A stretch of DNA of 64,000 bases from the human T2T-CHM13v2.0 reference genome, Homo sapiens. Of this stretch, positions 42,141-58,603 are shown in pieces. Within the stretch, counting starts at the first letter, position 1; the number at the start of each line of letters is the position of its first letter. Under the pieces are notes generated by a model that was given only the letters and a program-made list of their open reading frames with translations, had not been told where the DNA came from and did not search any database. Location of the stretch: assembly GCF_009914755.1 (NCBI RefSeq), contig NC_060927.1. The stretch is one strand, 5' to 3'. The position numbers and the translations under genes were made by a program.

Positions 42141-45029
42141 AGCATCATGCTTTTAAAACCTCACCCAGCTTCTAGGATCATCTCCCAAATAAACTTGCTT
42201 TTGAATGCATATTTTGGCCTCAGAATGTGATTGTGGAGAACTCAAACTTATACATCTTCTATTCAATATTTTTTGTCTGTTCAACTATTGCTTAGATTAG
42301 CTGAGTTTTTAAATGATAAGGTTTTATGCAATATTCATTCATCTTTCACTGCAGACATCCTTTACCAGACCATAAGATGTGGGTAAAACTGTGAGATATC
42401 TAAGGATTGTAATTCTTTTTCTTTTTTGGTATATTTCGTGCTCATATTAGGAATTATTTTATGTTGGAATTTTACTGTGTATCTTATGAGAACAAAATAT
42501 TCATCAGTTCTTTTCTACTCTTAAGATACACAGCATATCCGTAGTCAACCAGTATAAATTAAATCATTATACAGTGCTGTGGGGAATATTGAATAGTCCT
42601 ACTCTTGGGACAAAAGACTAAAGATGGAGAATCTATGACTCCTTGCTCTTGTTTTAAATAATATATCTTGTTTTAAATAATATATCAGTTTGAAAGAATA
42701 AGCATATATCGCTTGAGAAAGTCTGAAAGACCAGCAACATCATTACTAGTTTAAATGTACACTCTTTTGCCACAAAGCATGCTAAGATTTTAGGACTATC
42801 GTGATCCAACTTGCTGTCACCTGGGTTATATAACCACAATGAGAGCTGTAAAAGATGGCCTTTTGGGGAAAAGGTAAGCACATAACATGGGCACAATCTA
42901 TATCAGCTAATATGTATAGAAAGGGCTTGGAATCTGCAAACCCAGAATATTAAGAGACAGTCTAATCAATAAAACTAGACTATCAGCATTAGAGAGCTCA
43001 GATCTTCTCTATGTCTAAACATAAAATGGAAGAGCGAGGAGAAGCTACTTATGTAGAATCAATTTCACTGGGATTATGGGGTTAAAATAAGGTGCCATGT
43101 CTTTATAAAGCCAAGTTTGGAGACAAAGCGAAATTTCAGTGATAACGTGCAGTGGTTATGGTTGAATTTTTAAAGTAGAAATAGCAGTTATATCATAAGT
43201 GGTAGTATCCTTTCACAAAGCATGAATCTGGAAAACAATTCTGCCATAGTTTCCATTTTATTTATTTACTTTTTCTTTATTCTAGTACTCTAGAATATTT
43301 TAAGGCCTGGGAAATTTGGGGGGTTTATAGTACATGTTCCCCATTTTGTTCCGTGTGACTTGATTGTAGTTACTACTTTGGAATCTAACACCTGATCACA
43401 GTGAAGTATCTAAGAACTTTTGAAATGTACAGTTAGTACTAAACAATCAAGGGATCTTGAAGAAAATGGGATGTTCTAAAATTCAGCTTGATTTTTATCC
43501 TTAGCACACCCCCACATGTAATAGCATCTGCAAGACTCCCTTCTCTGTGTCATATCTGTCATCTGAATTCTCAAATCATGTAGCCTTTGATTAAAAAAAA
43601 AAAGCTTTTTTTTTCTTTCTTTTCTTTTTTTTTTTTTTTAGATATACTACTATAGATATGCAGTCTCCCACTCTGATGGCTTTCAAAGTTGAGACCATCA
43701 GGAAATTTCCTTACTGCCTTCCTGCCAGAAATACCTTTCTATGTTACAATCACCTTCAATCTTTCATTTTAAAAAAGAAAAAAAATATAGCACCTAGATC
43801 ATGTCATAATATATTACAACTTGCTGGCACTCCACTTCTGTTGATCTTGTCAGTCTCTTTTGCTGACTTCCTGGCAGATGTCTCATTTTTGCTCTAAGCT
43901 ACTTGAAATAGGGTAGTTCATTTTCAAGATGTTTTAGATTTCACATCATTTTATCAGAAGATATTTCTTATAAATGGTGTGCATATCAAAAAATCGGTTT
44001 TGTCACTTTCATCTTATGTTATTTAATACTCTCTGTAGTAAATAGCCCAAGTAATGGAAAGTTTTGAACAATAAATTCTGTATTTGACCTTTTGGAAAGT
44101 AAGATTTTATTTCCCTTGGAATCATTATTTTCCACCTGCCTATATTTTGAGTTAGTTATTCATACAACTGTGAACACAATAATCTCGCCCATAAATCCCT
44201 CTTTGGAAGTAATTAGCAAATGCTTATTATGTTAAAATCTATAAATTTACATATTCATCTTATCTTTCCCCAAACTCTAAATTATTTAACTGAGATAAAA
44301 ACCTTCCATAGGTATTTTACATAGTGTTTAAGTGATAAATTTAGGTTAAAATTTTATACTTTGTTGCAATTTGCTATATATTTATCAAGTTATTTATAAT
44401 TTATTAATTTGTTTAAATATCCCAATTAGGATGAGCTATGTTGCTAAATTTTTACTTGATTTTCAGTAATACTATATTAGTACAACCTGCAAAAAATATG
44501 CAAATAAATAAGATACATTGGAATTGAGTCGTGCAAATAAATAAAAGACACAGGAATTTGTATAAAAATCTATTGTCCAGTTTGTACAAATATTTTGTGC
44601 TTTTTAAACTTGTCCTCTATTTTTTTTTCCTGGCACATAACTTAAATATTTTCACTGCAAAAGAATGATAAGCAAATGAGATGTTAGACTAGTCAACTAG
44701 CATGACTTAATTATTCCACATTGTAAACATAAAAAATATATAATATATTAAAATATATAAATCCAATAAATATATATAATTACTATTTTTCCATTAAAAA
44801 TACAATTTGAAATTTTTTTAAAAAATTGTAAGGACTGTGGTTTAAGAATATATAACTGAAGTCAGAAGGCTTTAAGTTACAGCGCACATGTTTTTGGACA
44901 AATTTTTATGCTAGTCAGTCTTCCCTACCCTTCATTAGAATATAGCACTTCTTTATGAGTTTGAGAAATTCTCTACATTCCCCTCTCCAACCACCACCAG
45001 TTTTAGTTCTGTTTGAGTCTGTCATTTTC

Positions 45030-45270
45030 TTCTGGCTATTATTGATTCATCTGGAGTGGGCACCTAAACCAACGTGAACCAATCACAGTATTTTTTCATT
45101 ATTATATAAACTAGAAATCAGAAATAGGATCCTTACAATCCTTTTTAGTTGAGGCAGTTTTGATACTCAGGAAATGTTGTTGGCCATATTTGTTCTATCA
45201 AGTGGAGAAAATAAGGGACCATAAGAACAAATTTGATTTTTATGTAGAAAGAAGCAAAGATGCAGTAAGC

Positions 45271-45303
<33 letters not shown>

Positions 45304-45480
45304 CAGAGACAGAAACAAAGAGACAGAGAGTGTGAAGTGTGTGTTGGAAAGAGGATTCACCTAAATCTGGACCCTGATATGAAAGGTACACAAACCTATG
45401 GGGTTACTGGCTATCCTTTTATGGGTTATAGTTTGCCAGATGATAAAATTCTACCCTTTGCCGAATTATAGGCTTTTTCC
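45030..45480 (+). mobile_element. Ancient ERVL/MaLR LTR relic containing a (GAGACA)n repeat at 45271-45330
   Basis: GGGCACCTAAACCAACGTGAACCAATCACAG and TTGGCCATATTTG are typical of old MLT1/LTR33-group LTRs. Confidence 0.35.
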
Positions 45481-48400
45481 CAATTCAAATGAATCGCTGG
45501 CTTAAGCTCTTCTCACTCTGTTTTTTTAACATACAGGATGCAAAAGTGTAGCAAAAGATAGTTTGAGTGGCAGAAATCAAGCTTCAGTTGCTTTCCTTTT
45601 CTTAATGAGCTGCAGTTATGGCTCTAGTTTGAGGCCCCTTTGCTGCATACATGGTAAACAAACAAACAAATAAACAAACACACTTTGCCACATAATGACT
45701 CCTAGGACCTAGCCTCTGTTTCTTGTTTAGTGAATGGTGTCTTTGATAATGATCTATCTTACAAGCAAAATCCAAAATTATTAGTCCAGGAACACTGAAA
45801 GAGGCTGCTGCTAAAACAAGCTTCTCAAAGGTCTGGACTATCATTTGAACATACTATTTTTCTCTCTTCTGTTGACTTGTTAGTGGTACCATTAGTGTGG
45901 CAGGTTTTTGTTGTTGTTGCTGTTGTTTTCTTAGGAGGAGGGAGGTGTATTGTTAGCAACCCCCATGGAAAATATAAACAAAGAAAAGAAGATAGCTAAT
46001 GGCTGGGATTGACACTTGGTACGGATCAACAGCAGAAAGAACCAGCGCAGGCAGATAGGGTAATGTTTTAAGTTCAGCCTTTTGGGAGTTATATACTCCC
46101 GGTGCAAGCAGCAGTTTGAGAAACCTGTGTACCCCAGCTGTGAACCAACTTACCCCCAGAGGGCACCCAGAAATAGACAGAAGATTTACCCAGCTGGGAT
46201 GTGTCATGTTTTATCTTTATAATAAAAGTAGTACAGATGTACTTTTTGGGCCATAAAGAGGCTTTCATACACAGCAGAACTGAACTTTTGGCACACATTT
46301 GCGCTGAAAATCAATGCATCTGCCATTGGAAAAAAAAAAAAACTTAAAAAGAACATAACGTCTTTGGCAGTAAAAGATAGAAGATGAGAATTACCTAAAA
46401 GATAATTTAATAGGTATGCATCATTCTAAATATGTTTATAAAAGTTCATTTTATTTCTTTTTGAAAAACAATTTAATTTTTTGGTACAGAGTAGATGTAT
46501 ATATTTATGGGATACAGGCATGCAATGCATAATAATCACATCAAAGAAAATTGGGAATCGATTTCTTCAAGCATTTATCCTTTGTGTCACAAATGATCCA
46601 ATTGTAATCTTTTAGTTATTTCAAAATGTATAATTAAATAATTATGGACTATAGTCCCCCTGTTGTGTTACCAAATTCATTCTATTTTTTTGTATCTATT
46701 AACCATCCCCACCTTCTGCCTCCCCACCCCACTACCCTTCCCAGCCTGTGGTAACAATCCTTCTATTCTCTAGCTCCATGACTTCAATTGTTTTGATTTT
46801 TAAATTCCACAAATAACTGAGAACATATGATTTTTATTTTTCTGTCCCTGGCTTATTTCACTTAATATAATGACCTCCATTTCTATCCATGTTGTTGCAA
46901 ATGACAGAATCTCATTTTTTTTTTATAGCGGAATAGTTCTCCACTGTGTGTGTGTGTGTGTGTGTGTGTATATACCACATTTTATTTATCCATTCATCTG
47001 TTGATGGACACCTAGGTTTCTTCCAGATCTTAGCTATTGTAAACAGTGCTGCAACAAACATGGGAGTGTGGATATCTCTTAAATATACTGATTTTCTTTC
47101 TTTTGGATATAGACCTAGCAGTGGGATTGCTGGCTCCTATGGTAGCTCTATTTTTAGTGAATTGAGAAACCTCCAAACTGTTCTCTGTACTGGTTCTACT
47201 AATTTGCATTCCTATCAACAGTACACCAGGGCTTCCTTTTCTCCACATCCTTAGCAGCACTTGTTATAGCTTGATATTTTGATAAAAGCCATTTTAACTG
47301 GGCTGAGATGATATCTCATTGTAGTTTTCATTTACATTTCTCTGATGACCAGTGATATTGAGCACGGGTTCATATGCCTGTTTGTCATTTGTATGTCTTC
47401 TTTTGAGAAATGTCTATTCAAATGCTTTGCCCATTTTAAAATTATTCCTATTGGGTTGTTTGAGCTTCTTATATATTCTGGTTATGAATTCCATATCAGA
47501 TGGGTAGTTTGCAAATATTTCTCCCATTCTGTGGGTTGTGTCTTCACTTTGCTGATTGCATCCTTTGCTGTACAAGAGCTTTTTAACTTGACGTGATCCC
47601 ATTTGTCCATTTTTGCTTAGGTTGCTTGAGCTTGTGGGTATTGTTCAATAAATGTTTGCCTAGATTAATGTTATGGAAAGTTTCCCCAATGTTTTCTTAA
47701 AGTAATTTCATAGTTTGAGCTCTTATATTTAAGTCTAATCCATTTGTATTTGATTTTTGTGTATGGCAAGAAATAAGGATATAGTGTCATGCTTCTGCAT
47801 GTAGATGTCCAGTTTTCTAGCACTATTTTTGAAGAGACTGTCTTTTCCCTAATGTATGTTCTTGTCACCTTTGTCAAAAATAAGTTCATTGTAGGCATGT
47901 GGATTTGTTTCTAGCTTCTCTATTCTGCACCATTTGTCCATGTGTTTGTTTTTATGCCAGTACATGCTATTTTGGGTACTGTAGCTCTGTAATATAATTT
48001 GAAGACAGATAATAATTATTTCAGTTTTATTCTTTTCAGTCAGGATAGCTTTGTCTTTCCTGGATCTTATGTGGTTCCATAAAAATTTTAGACTTGTTTT
48101 TTCTATTTCTGAGAAGAATGCTATTGGTGTTTTGATAGGAATTGCATTGTGCTTTGGGTAGTATGGACATTTTAACAATATTGATTCTTCCAATCCATGA
48201 ACATAAAATATCTTTTCATCTTTTGATGTCTTCTTCAATTTCTTGCATTGATATTTTATAGTTTTCATTGTAGATATATTTCACTTCTTTGGTTAATTTC
48301 TAGGTATTTAGTTTTGTGTCTGTTGTGAATGGGACTACTGTTTTGTAAAAAGAAGCTTTTCTTCTATTTTGATGTGGGCATTTATAGCTATAAATTTCCC

Positions 48401-49856
48401 TCAGTACTGTTTTTGCTGTATCCCATAGGTTTTGGTATGTTGTGTTTCCATTATCATTTGTGTCAGAGAATTTTTCAGTTTCCTGCTTAATTACTTCATT
48501 AACCCATTGGTCTTTCAGGAGCATATTGTTTAATTTTCATATGTTTGTATAGTTTTCAAAATTTCTCTTGTTGTTGATTTCTACTTTTATTCCATTGTGT
48601 TCAGATAAAATGGTTGGTAGGTTGTCATTTTTTTTGAAATTGTTAAGATTTGTTTTGTGACTAACATATACAATATCCTTCAGAATGATTTATGTACTGA
48701 AGAGAAAATGTGTACTCTGCTGCTGTTGGGTAAAATGTTGTGTAGATATCTATTAGATCCATTTGTTCTATGGTTCAGATTAAGTCTGATTTTTTTTGTT
48801 GAGTTTCTGTCTGAGAGAGCTGTCCAATGCTGAAAGTAGAGTGTTGAAGTCTCCAGTTATTATTGTATTGAGGTTTATCTCTCTCTTTAGTTCTAATAAT
48901 ATTTGCTTTATATACCTGAGTGTTCCAGTGTTGGGTGGATATACATTTATAAGCATTATATCCTCTTGCTAAACTGATCCCTTTATCAGTATGTAATGAC
49001 CTTCTTTGGCTCTTCTTACAATTTTTGCCTTGAAAACCATTTTGTCTGATATAAGCATAGCTACTCCTGCTCTTTTTTGGTTTCCATTGGTATGGAATAC
49101 ATTTTTCCATCTCTTTATTTTCAGTCTGTGTCTGTCCTTGTAGGTTAAGTGTGTTTCTTGGAAGCCAAAGATCATTGCATCTTGTTTTTTCATACACTCA
49201 GTCACTTTATGTCATTTGTTTGGAGAGTTTAGTCCATTTACATTCAATGTTGCTATTGATAAGTAGAGATGTACTCCTGTCCTGTTATTTGTTTTCTGAT
49301 TGTTTTGCACTCTTCTCTTCTTTCTTTCCTTTTTTTCCTTTTAGTGAAGGTAATACTTTAATACTTTTTTTTTTGGTGGTATGCTTTAATTTCTTGCTTT
49401 TTATTTTTTGTATATCTATTGTAAGATTTTTGGTTTGAGATTACCATGAGGCTTGCAAATAGTGTCTTATAACCCATTATATTAAACTGATGACAATTTA
49501 ACACTGATTCCATATAGAAACACACAGAAAGATAACTAACAATAACTCTACACTTTATCTTTGTCACTTCACTTTTCAACTTTTTGTTGTTTATCTTTAT
49601 GTGCTATTGTACTATCTAGTCCTTGAAATGTTGTCGTAGTTATTACTCTTAGTAATAACTAGTATAGTTAGTAATAACTAGACAATGATTAGTATTGTCT
49701 TAAGTCTTTCTACTTAAGATAATGTTATTTTATATACCACCATTACAGTGTTATAATATCCTGTTTTTCTGTGTGCTTACTATTACCAGTGAGTTTTGTA
49801 CCTTCAGATTATCTCTTATTACTCATTGATGTCTTTTTCTTTCAGATTGAAAAATT

Positions 49857-50279
<423 letters not shown>

Positions 50280-50427
50280 TCATGATTGAAGGATATTTTC
50301 ACCAGATTTACTATTCTGGGATAAAAGCAATTTTTCAGCACTTTAAATATGACATGCCATTCTCTCCTGTCCTGTAAGATGTACTGATAAGACTTTTGCC
50401 AGATGTGTTGAAACCCCCATTGTATAG

Positions 50428-50811
<384 letters not shown>

Positions 50812-53800
50812 TAAACTGCTTGATGTTCTATAACATTCTTGTACTTGAATGTTCCTATCTTCTCTAGGTTTGGGAAGAGCTCTGATAATATCCTTTTGAA
50901 TAAACTTTCTACCCCAGTCTCTTTCTCTACCTCGTCCTAAGGCCAACAGCTCTTAGATTTGCCGTTTTGAGCCTATTTTCTAGCACGTATAGGCATGCTT
51001 CACTGTTTTTCATTCTTTTTTCTTTTGTCTCCACTGACTGTATTTTCAAATAGCCTGTCTTTAAGCTCACTAATTCTTCCTTCTGCTTGATGAGTTCTGC
51101 TATTAAGAGACTAATGCTTTCTTTGGCCTGTCATTTACATTTTTCAACTCCAGAATTCCTTCTCTGTGTTGTCTGGAGTTTCTTTGTGTTTCTTCCAAAC
51201 AGTGATCTTGAATTACCTGTCTAAAAGGTCATACATCTATTTCTCCAGGATTGGTTTCTGGTGCCTTATTTAGTTCATTTGATTAGGTCATATTTTCCTG
51301 GATGGTGTTGATGCCTGTAGATGTTTGTCTGTGTCTGGACATTGAATAATAATACTATAAAAAATACCAAAGTGTTTATTATAGTCGTCACCATCTGGGC
51401 TTGTCCTCCTTGGTAATGTTTTTCATGTATTATTAGAGATTTGGGCCCCAAACCCAATAACACTGTGGTTTTTGCAGACTTGTAAAAGTTTCATCTTGGT
51501 TGACTTGGATAAGATCCAGACATCTCTGGATTACCAGGCAGACTTTCGTTCTTCTCCCTAACTTTCTACCAAGCAAATGGAGTCTCTCTCTCCATGCTGA
51601 ACCACCTGGAGCTGGGGGTATAGTGATGTAATTACCCCTGTGGCCACCACAACTGGGATTTCACTGGGTCACACCTCAAGTGAGCACAGCACTGGGTCTT
51701 GCCCAAGGCCCTTGCCTCCATAGCAGTGAGTTCTCCCAAGCTGCTACAGATGTCCAGAGATGCTGTCTGGAAACCAGGGCTTTGATTAAAAAACCTTAGC
51801 AGTTTACCTGATGTTCTATTCTATCGTGGCTAAAAGTGTCACTCATACCACAATAGAAAGTCCTCCCTGCTCTTCCTTTCCATATTCATAGGCAGAGGAG
51901 CCTCTCTCTGTGGCCACCATCACCACCAGTCAACGGGGGTTCTACGAGTCCACCACTGATGTTCATTTAAAGCCCAAGGGCTGTTCCATCAGCCTGTGGT
52001 GAATGCGCCAGACAGACCTGGGACTCACCTTTCAGAGCAGAGCAGTAAGCTCCCGACTGCCCCAGAGCAGGTCCAGAAATTGTTTACAGGAGGAAAATTA
52101 ATCTAAAATGATGTGATAAAATATGCCTTTACTCCTATAAGTGTTATCTTCCACAAGTGTTTAATATTTAATGAGAACATTTTAAAAATATTTTAAATAT
52201 TTAAATGTTTATTTAAACATTTTCTTTGTTTTTTTGCTTCATGGGAAAACTGTATCCAAAAGGACTTGATCTGCTGGTAGAATGAAGAGCAATAGATTTG
52301 GTGAGACCAATTCCTATAAGCTCATGCTGACATTTCCTCTACCTTATGGCTGGTATTTCATATAGCCATGGAAACTGTTAGAGCTAAGCAGAATAATGAT
52401 CTCATTTGGACACATCTAACTCTCCCATTTTTGTGTGGACATAGCCTTGGCCAATAGTGATTTGATTTTAGATAGAATCTGACAAAAAGCAGAATGTGAA
52501 GGAGGTGAAATACAAGTAGACTCACAATGAATTAGATGTACCATATTTCTTTCCTGTCAGGCCTAAAGTTGTGACCTGCTTGAAAAGGCAGAAAACTAAA
52601 ATGGAGAAAGGTCTGAGAACTCAGAAGCCTCAGTGAGAAAATGCCACTGCTAAAAGAGAAATGACCTTTATGGATTTTGCTCTTCATACTTTGTTAACTG
52701 CCTTAGGAGTTAAATTTTGAAAAGAATAGCATGAATGTTCTTATTTCTAGCCTTGTTAAAGAGCTTTTTAGTTAAACAATTTTAATGCTAAGGTTAATTA
52801 GGAAAGAAGTCACAGGGAATCCATTTTTGTTTCTAAGAATGAACAGGTAAGTGGTAAAGGATACACCAAAGAGAAGACAGACTCTTTTGCAATATTTTTG
52901 TTTTTCGCTTTCCTGATTTTAGTTTTCTGTAAAAACCTCTGCCTCTCAGGGTCTATAAAATCATTCCGTTATATCTTGTATCATATTTTTTAGGTCAACA
53001 AGAAAATAGTGTTCTCTCAATATTCATTTGATGAACAAAAAAAGTTATGTAAAAAAAGTAGAAGGCCTGTCTCTTTTTTCCTAATCTGGTAGCTTCTATT
53101 TCTACATGAAATTTCTTATATTTTTCCTGTTCCAGCTGCTAGATTTTCAAGAGTAAAATCTGGGAATGGACCAAAAGTTAATTCTAATTAAAAAATGAAA
53201 CCATTAACGTTTAGATCTTTAAAAGTTTAAATTTTTGAAGATCCTTGTAACTTTCTCTAATAAAGAACACATACATTCTTGATGAAAAGGCACAGAAGAG
53301 GAAAAATTTGAATTCCCCTTTTCTTGGGTGTTGAGTGCTTTCTAACTGATTAAAAGGGATAATGAGACTATCTTACTGTTAAGTGACAATATGTGTCCTT
53401 ATTTTAAGTACATAATTATGTTTTCTTAAATTATTCCCAACTTCAAACTCATCCCTACTTCACCTTGCTTCCCTAATTCCTGTCTAATCTTAGATTTAGG
53501 GTTAATTTTTCTTCTTCTGAAGATTTCTTTGAATTCCTTGGTATGAACACATTTTAATACTAGCACATATTTTTGATTTAATTATTTTTATCTTAATTAT
53601 TTCAAGTCTAAATCTTTGTCGTCAGTGACACTTACTCCTTAAAATCAGAACCCATATCTTATATATGGGGTAATTATACAGTTTCAAAAATGTCCCCCAA
53701 AGATGCCTTGAACTCTCAAACTATATTTAATATCTTTAATCTCATAGGCAAGTGAGACTCCTTCTGCTGAAAATAGTCAATTTGATCAAAATATGAGAGA

Positions 53801-54070
53801 TTGATTATTTTCATTAAGTGATTTGTAGTATAAAAACTTTTAAGATATTTTTAAATGTAATTTGAAATAGAAATGGAGGCTTATTGAAGGCCCTGTGTGT
53901 TTTAGGACAATGGACAAACTATGATAATTGTAAGTGAACAAAAAATTAGTGACAGTTTTCCAATTTTATTTATGCTTTGATCACCTACAACTGCTAGTGT
54001 CGGCATCAATACATTCTTGAATGAAAATCATTTAAGCATTACATCGTGGCTATTTTATGTTTCTTTTTAA

Positions 54071-54439
<369 letters not shown>

Positions 54440-55990
54440 TAAGTATTTTTTCAATGTTAAACACTTAAAAGTGAAAGTTTTTTTCTTTTTCTCCAAGTTT
54501 ATTTTTTAATTGACATGTAAATTTATATGTATTGTGTACAACATAATGTTTTAAAGTATATATATATTGTAGACTGGTTAAATATAGCTAATTAACTAAT
54601 TACCTTACATAGTTATCATTTTTGTGTTAAGAATAATTCAAATCCACACTTTTAGCATTTTTTAAGAATATAATATATTGTCATTAACTATAGTCACCGT
54701 GCTATGCAATAAGTCCCTTAAACTTCTTTCTCCTATCAAACTGTGAATGTGTATTCTTTGACAAACATCTCACCAACCCCTTCCACCCTCTGACTACCCA
54801 CAGATTCTGGTAACCATCATTCTGTTTTCTACTATTTTGGGATCCATTGTTTTAGATTCCACATATGAATGAGATCATGTGGTATTTGTGTTTCTGTGCC
54901 TTGCATTTTTCCCTTAACATAATGTTCTCTAGGTTCACCCATTTGTGCCTAATGACAGGATTTCCTTCTTGTTTCATGGATGAATAATATTTCACTGTGC
55001 ATATAAATCACATTTTCTTTATCCATCCTTTCATTGATAGGCAAAATATGATCCCATATTGTGCCTATCACGAATAAAGTTGTAATAAGCATGCAAGTGC
55101 AGATATCTCTTCAACATGTTGATTTGCATACGTCCTGATGATTAAGTGTGATGTTGAGCACTATTTTATACACCTGTCAGTCATTTGCATGTCTTCTTCT
55201 CAGAAAGGTCTACTCAGGTAATTTGCCAATTTTAAAATCAGGTTATTTGTTTTCTTGCTATAGTTGTCTGAGTTCCTTGTATAGATTGCATATTAACCCC
55301 TTATGAGATGTATACTTCCAATTATTTTCTCTTGTTTTGTGTTTGTTCTCTTCACTTTGTGGATTTTTTCCTTTGCTGTGCAGAAGCTTTCCAATTTTAT
55401 GTAATCTCATTTGTCTATGAAGAGACTGTCATTTTCTGACTGTCTGTTTTTGGCATCTTTGTCAACATGCAGTTGGCTGTGAATGTATGAATTTATTTCT
55501 GAGCACTTTATTCTCTTCCACTTGTCTATGTGTTTGTTTTTATGTCAGTTCCATGTTGTTTTGGTTACTCAAGTTTTGTAGTATATTTTGAAGTTAGGTA
55601 GTGTGATGTCTCCAGCTTTGTTCTTTTTGCACAAGATTGCTTTGGCTGTTAAGGGTCTTTTGTGTTTTCATATGAATTTTAGAACTGATTTTTTTTCTAT
55701 TTCTGTAAAGAACGTCATTGGCATTTTGAACCTGTAGATTGCTTTGGTTAGTATAGACATTTTACCAATATTAATGTTTCCAATCCTAACCATGAGAAAT
55801 CTTTCTATTTATTTGTGTATTCTTCAGATTATTTCATCAATGGTTTATAATTTTCAGTGTACGCATCTTTCACCTCATTGGTTAAATTTATTCCAAGGCA
55901 TTTTATCTTTTTTGTAGCTATTGTAAACTGGATTTTTGATAATTTATTCTTCAGATAGTTCATTGTTAATGTATAAAAGTGCTATTGATT

Positions 55991-56335
<345 letters not shown>

Positions 56336-57276
56336 TCACTTTGTTTATTGATTCTAACAGTTTTTTGATGGAGACTTGAGGGTTTTCTATGAATATATGA
56401 TCATGTTATTTGCAAACAGGCACATTTTAACTTCTTTTCCAATTTGGATGACTTTTATTTCCCTCTTGCTTAATTGCTCTAGCTAGGACTTACGTCCAGT
56501 ACTATGTTGAATAACAGTGGTTAGAGTGGGCATCTTTGTTTTTTCCAGATCTTAGAAGAAAAGTTTCAACTTGTCTTCATTCAGTATGATGTTAGCTGTC
56601 AGTTTGTCATATATGGTTTTTATTTATATTCCTTCTACACCAAATTTGTTGATGGTTTTTATGATGAAGCGATGTTTTGCCTTTTCTATTTTTTTCTGCA
56701 CCTATTAAAGCCATCCAATGGGTTTTTTCTTCATTATGTTAATATTATGTATCACATATATTAATTTGTGTATGTCATACCATCTTTGCACCACTAAGAT
56801 GAATCCCCCTTTATCACGGTAAATGAACTTTTTAATGTGCTGTTGAATTTGGATTACTAGTATTTTGTTGAGAATTTTGCATGTATATTCAGAGATACCG
56901 GCCTGTAGTTTTCTCTTTGTGTTGTACCTTTGACTGGTTTTGGTATTAGAGTAATGCTGACCTCATAAAATGAGTTTGGAAATATTCTCTCCTCTTCAAC
57001 ATTTTGGAAGAGTTTGAGAAGAATTGGTTTTAGTTCGTCATTAAAGGTTTAGTAGATAAATGTTCAGCACTTATGCCGTTAGATCTTGTTTTTATTTTTA
57101 TTTTTTTCTTCGGCGGGAGACTTTTTATTACTGATTGCATGTCCTTATTTTTTATTGGTCTTCTCAGATTTTCTATTTCTTCATAATGTAATCTTGGTAG
57201 GTTGTATGTGTCCAGACATTTATCCGATTTTTTTCTAAGTTATCTAATTTTTTGGCATACAGTTGTTGATAATAGT

Positions 57277-57585
57277 CTTTTTTTTTTTTTCTTTTTCTTT
57301 TTTAGACGCAATCTTGCTCTGTCTCCCAGGCTGGAGTGCAGTGGTGTGATCTTGCTCACTGCAACCTCCACCTCCCGACTTCAGGTGATTTTCCCACTTC
57401 AGCCTCCACAGTAGCTGGGACTACAGGCATGCACCACCACTCCCAGCTAATTGTTTTGTGTTTTTATTAGAGACGAGGTTTTACCGTGTTGGCCAGGCTG
57501 GTCTCGAACTCCTAACCTCAAGTCATCTGCCTGCCTCAGCTTCTCAAAGTGCTGGGATTACAGGTGTAAGCCACCACACTTGGCC
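57277..57585 (-). mobile_element. AluS (Sx/Sz-like)
   Basis: Full dimer with T-tail. Confidence 0.92.
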
Positions 57586-57671
57586 TCATAATGATCTCTT
57601 ATGATTCTTCATATTCCTGTGGTATCAGTTGTTTGTCTCCTTTGTCATCACTTATTTATTGGTTTTGACTT

Positions 57672-58292
<621 letters not shown>

Positions 58293-58603
58293 TTTTTTTT
58301 TTTTTTAATTATACTTTAAGTTCTGGGGTACATGTGTACAACGTGAAGGTTTGTTACATAGATATACATGTGCCATGTTGGTTTGTTGCACCCATTAACT
58401 GGTCATTTACATTAAGTATTTCTCCTAATGCTATCCCTCCCCCATCACCCCACCACACGACACGCCTGGATGTGTGATGTTCCCCACCCTGTGTCCAAGT
58501 GTTCTCATTGTTCAATTCCCACCTATGAGTGAGAACATGCAGTGTTTGGTTTTCTGTCCTTGCGATAGTTTGCTCAGAATGATGGTTTCCAGCTTCATCC
58601 ATG
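58293..58603 (-). mobile_element. L1PA (about PA6-7) 3' stub
   Basis: TTATACTTTAAGTTCTGGGGTACATGTG...TTTCCAGCTTCATCCATG. Confidence 0.92.
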
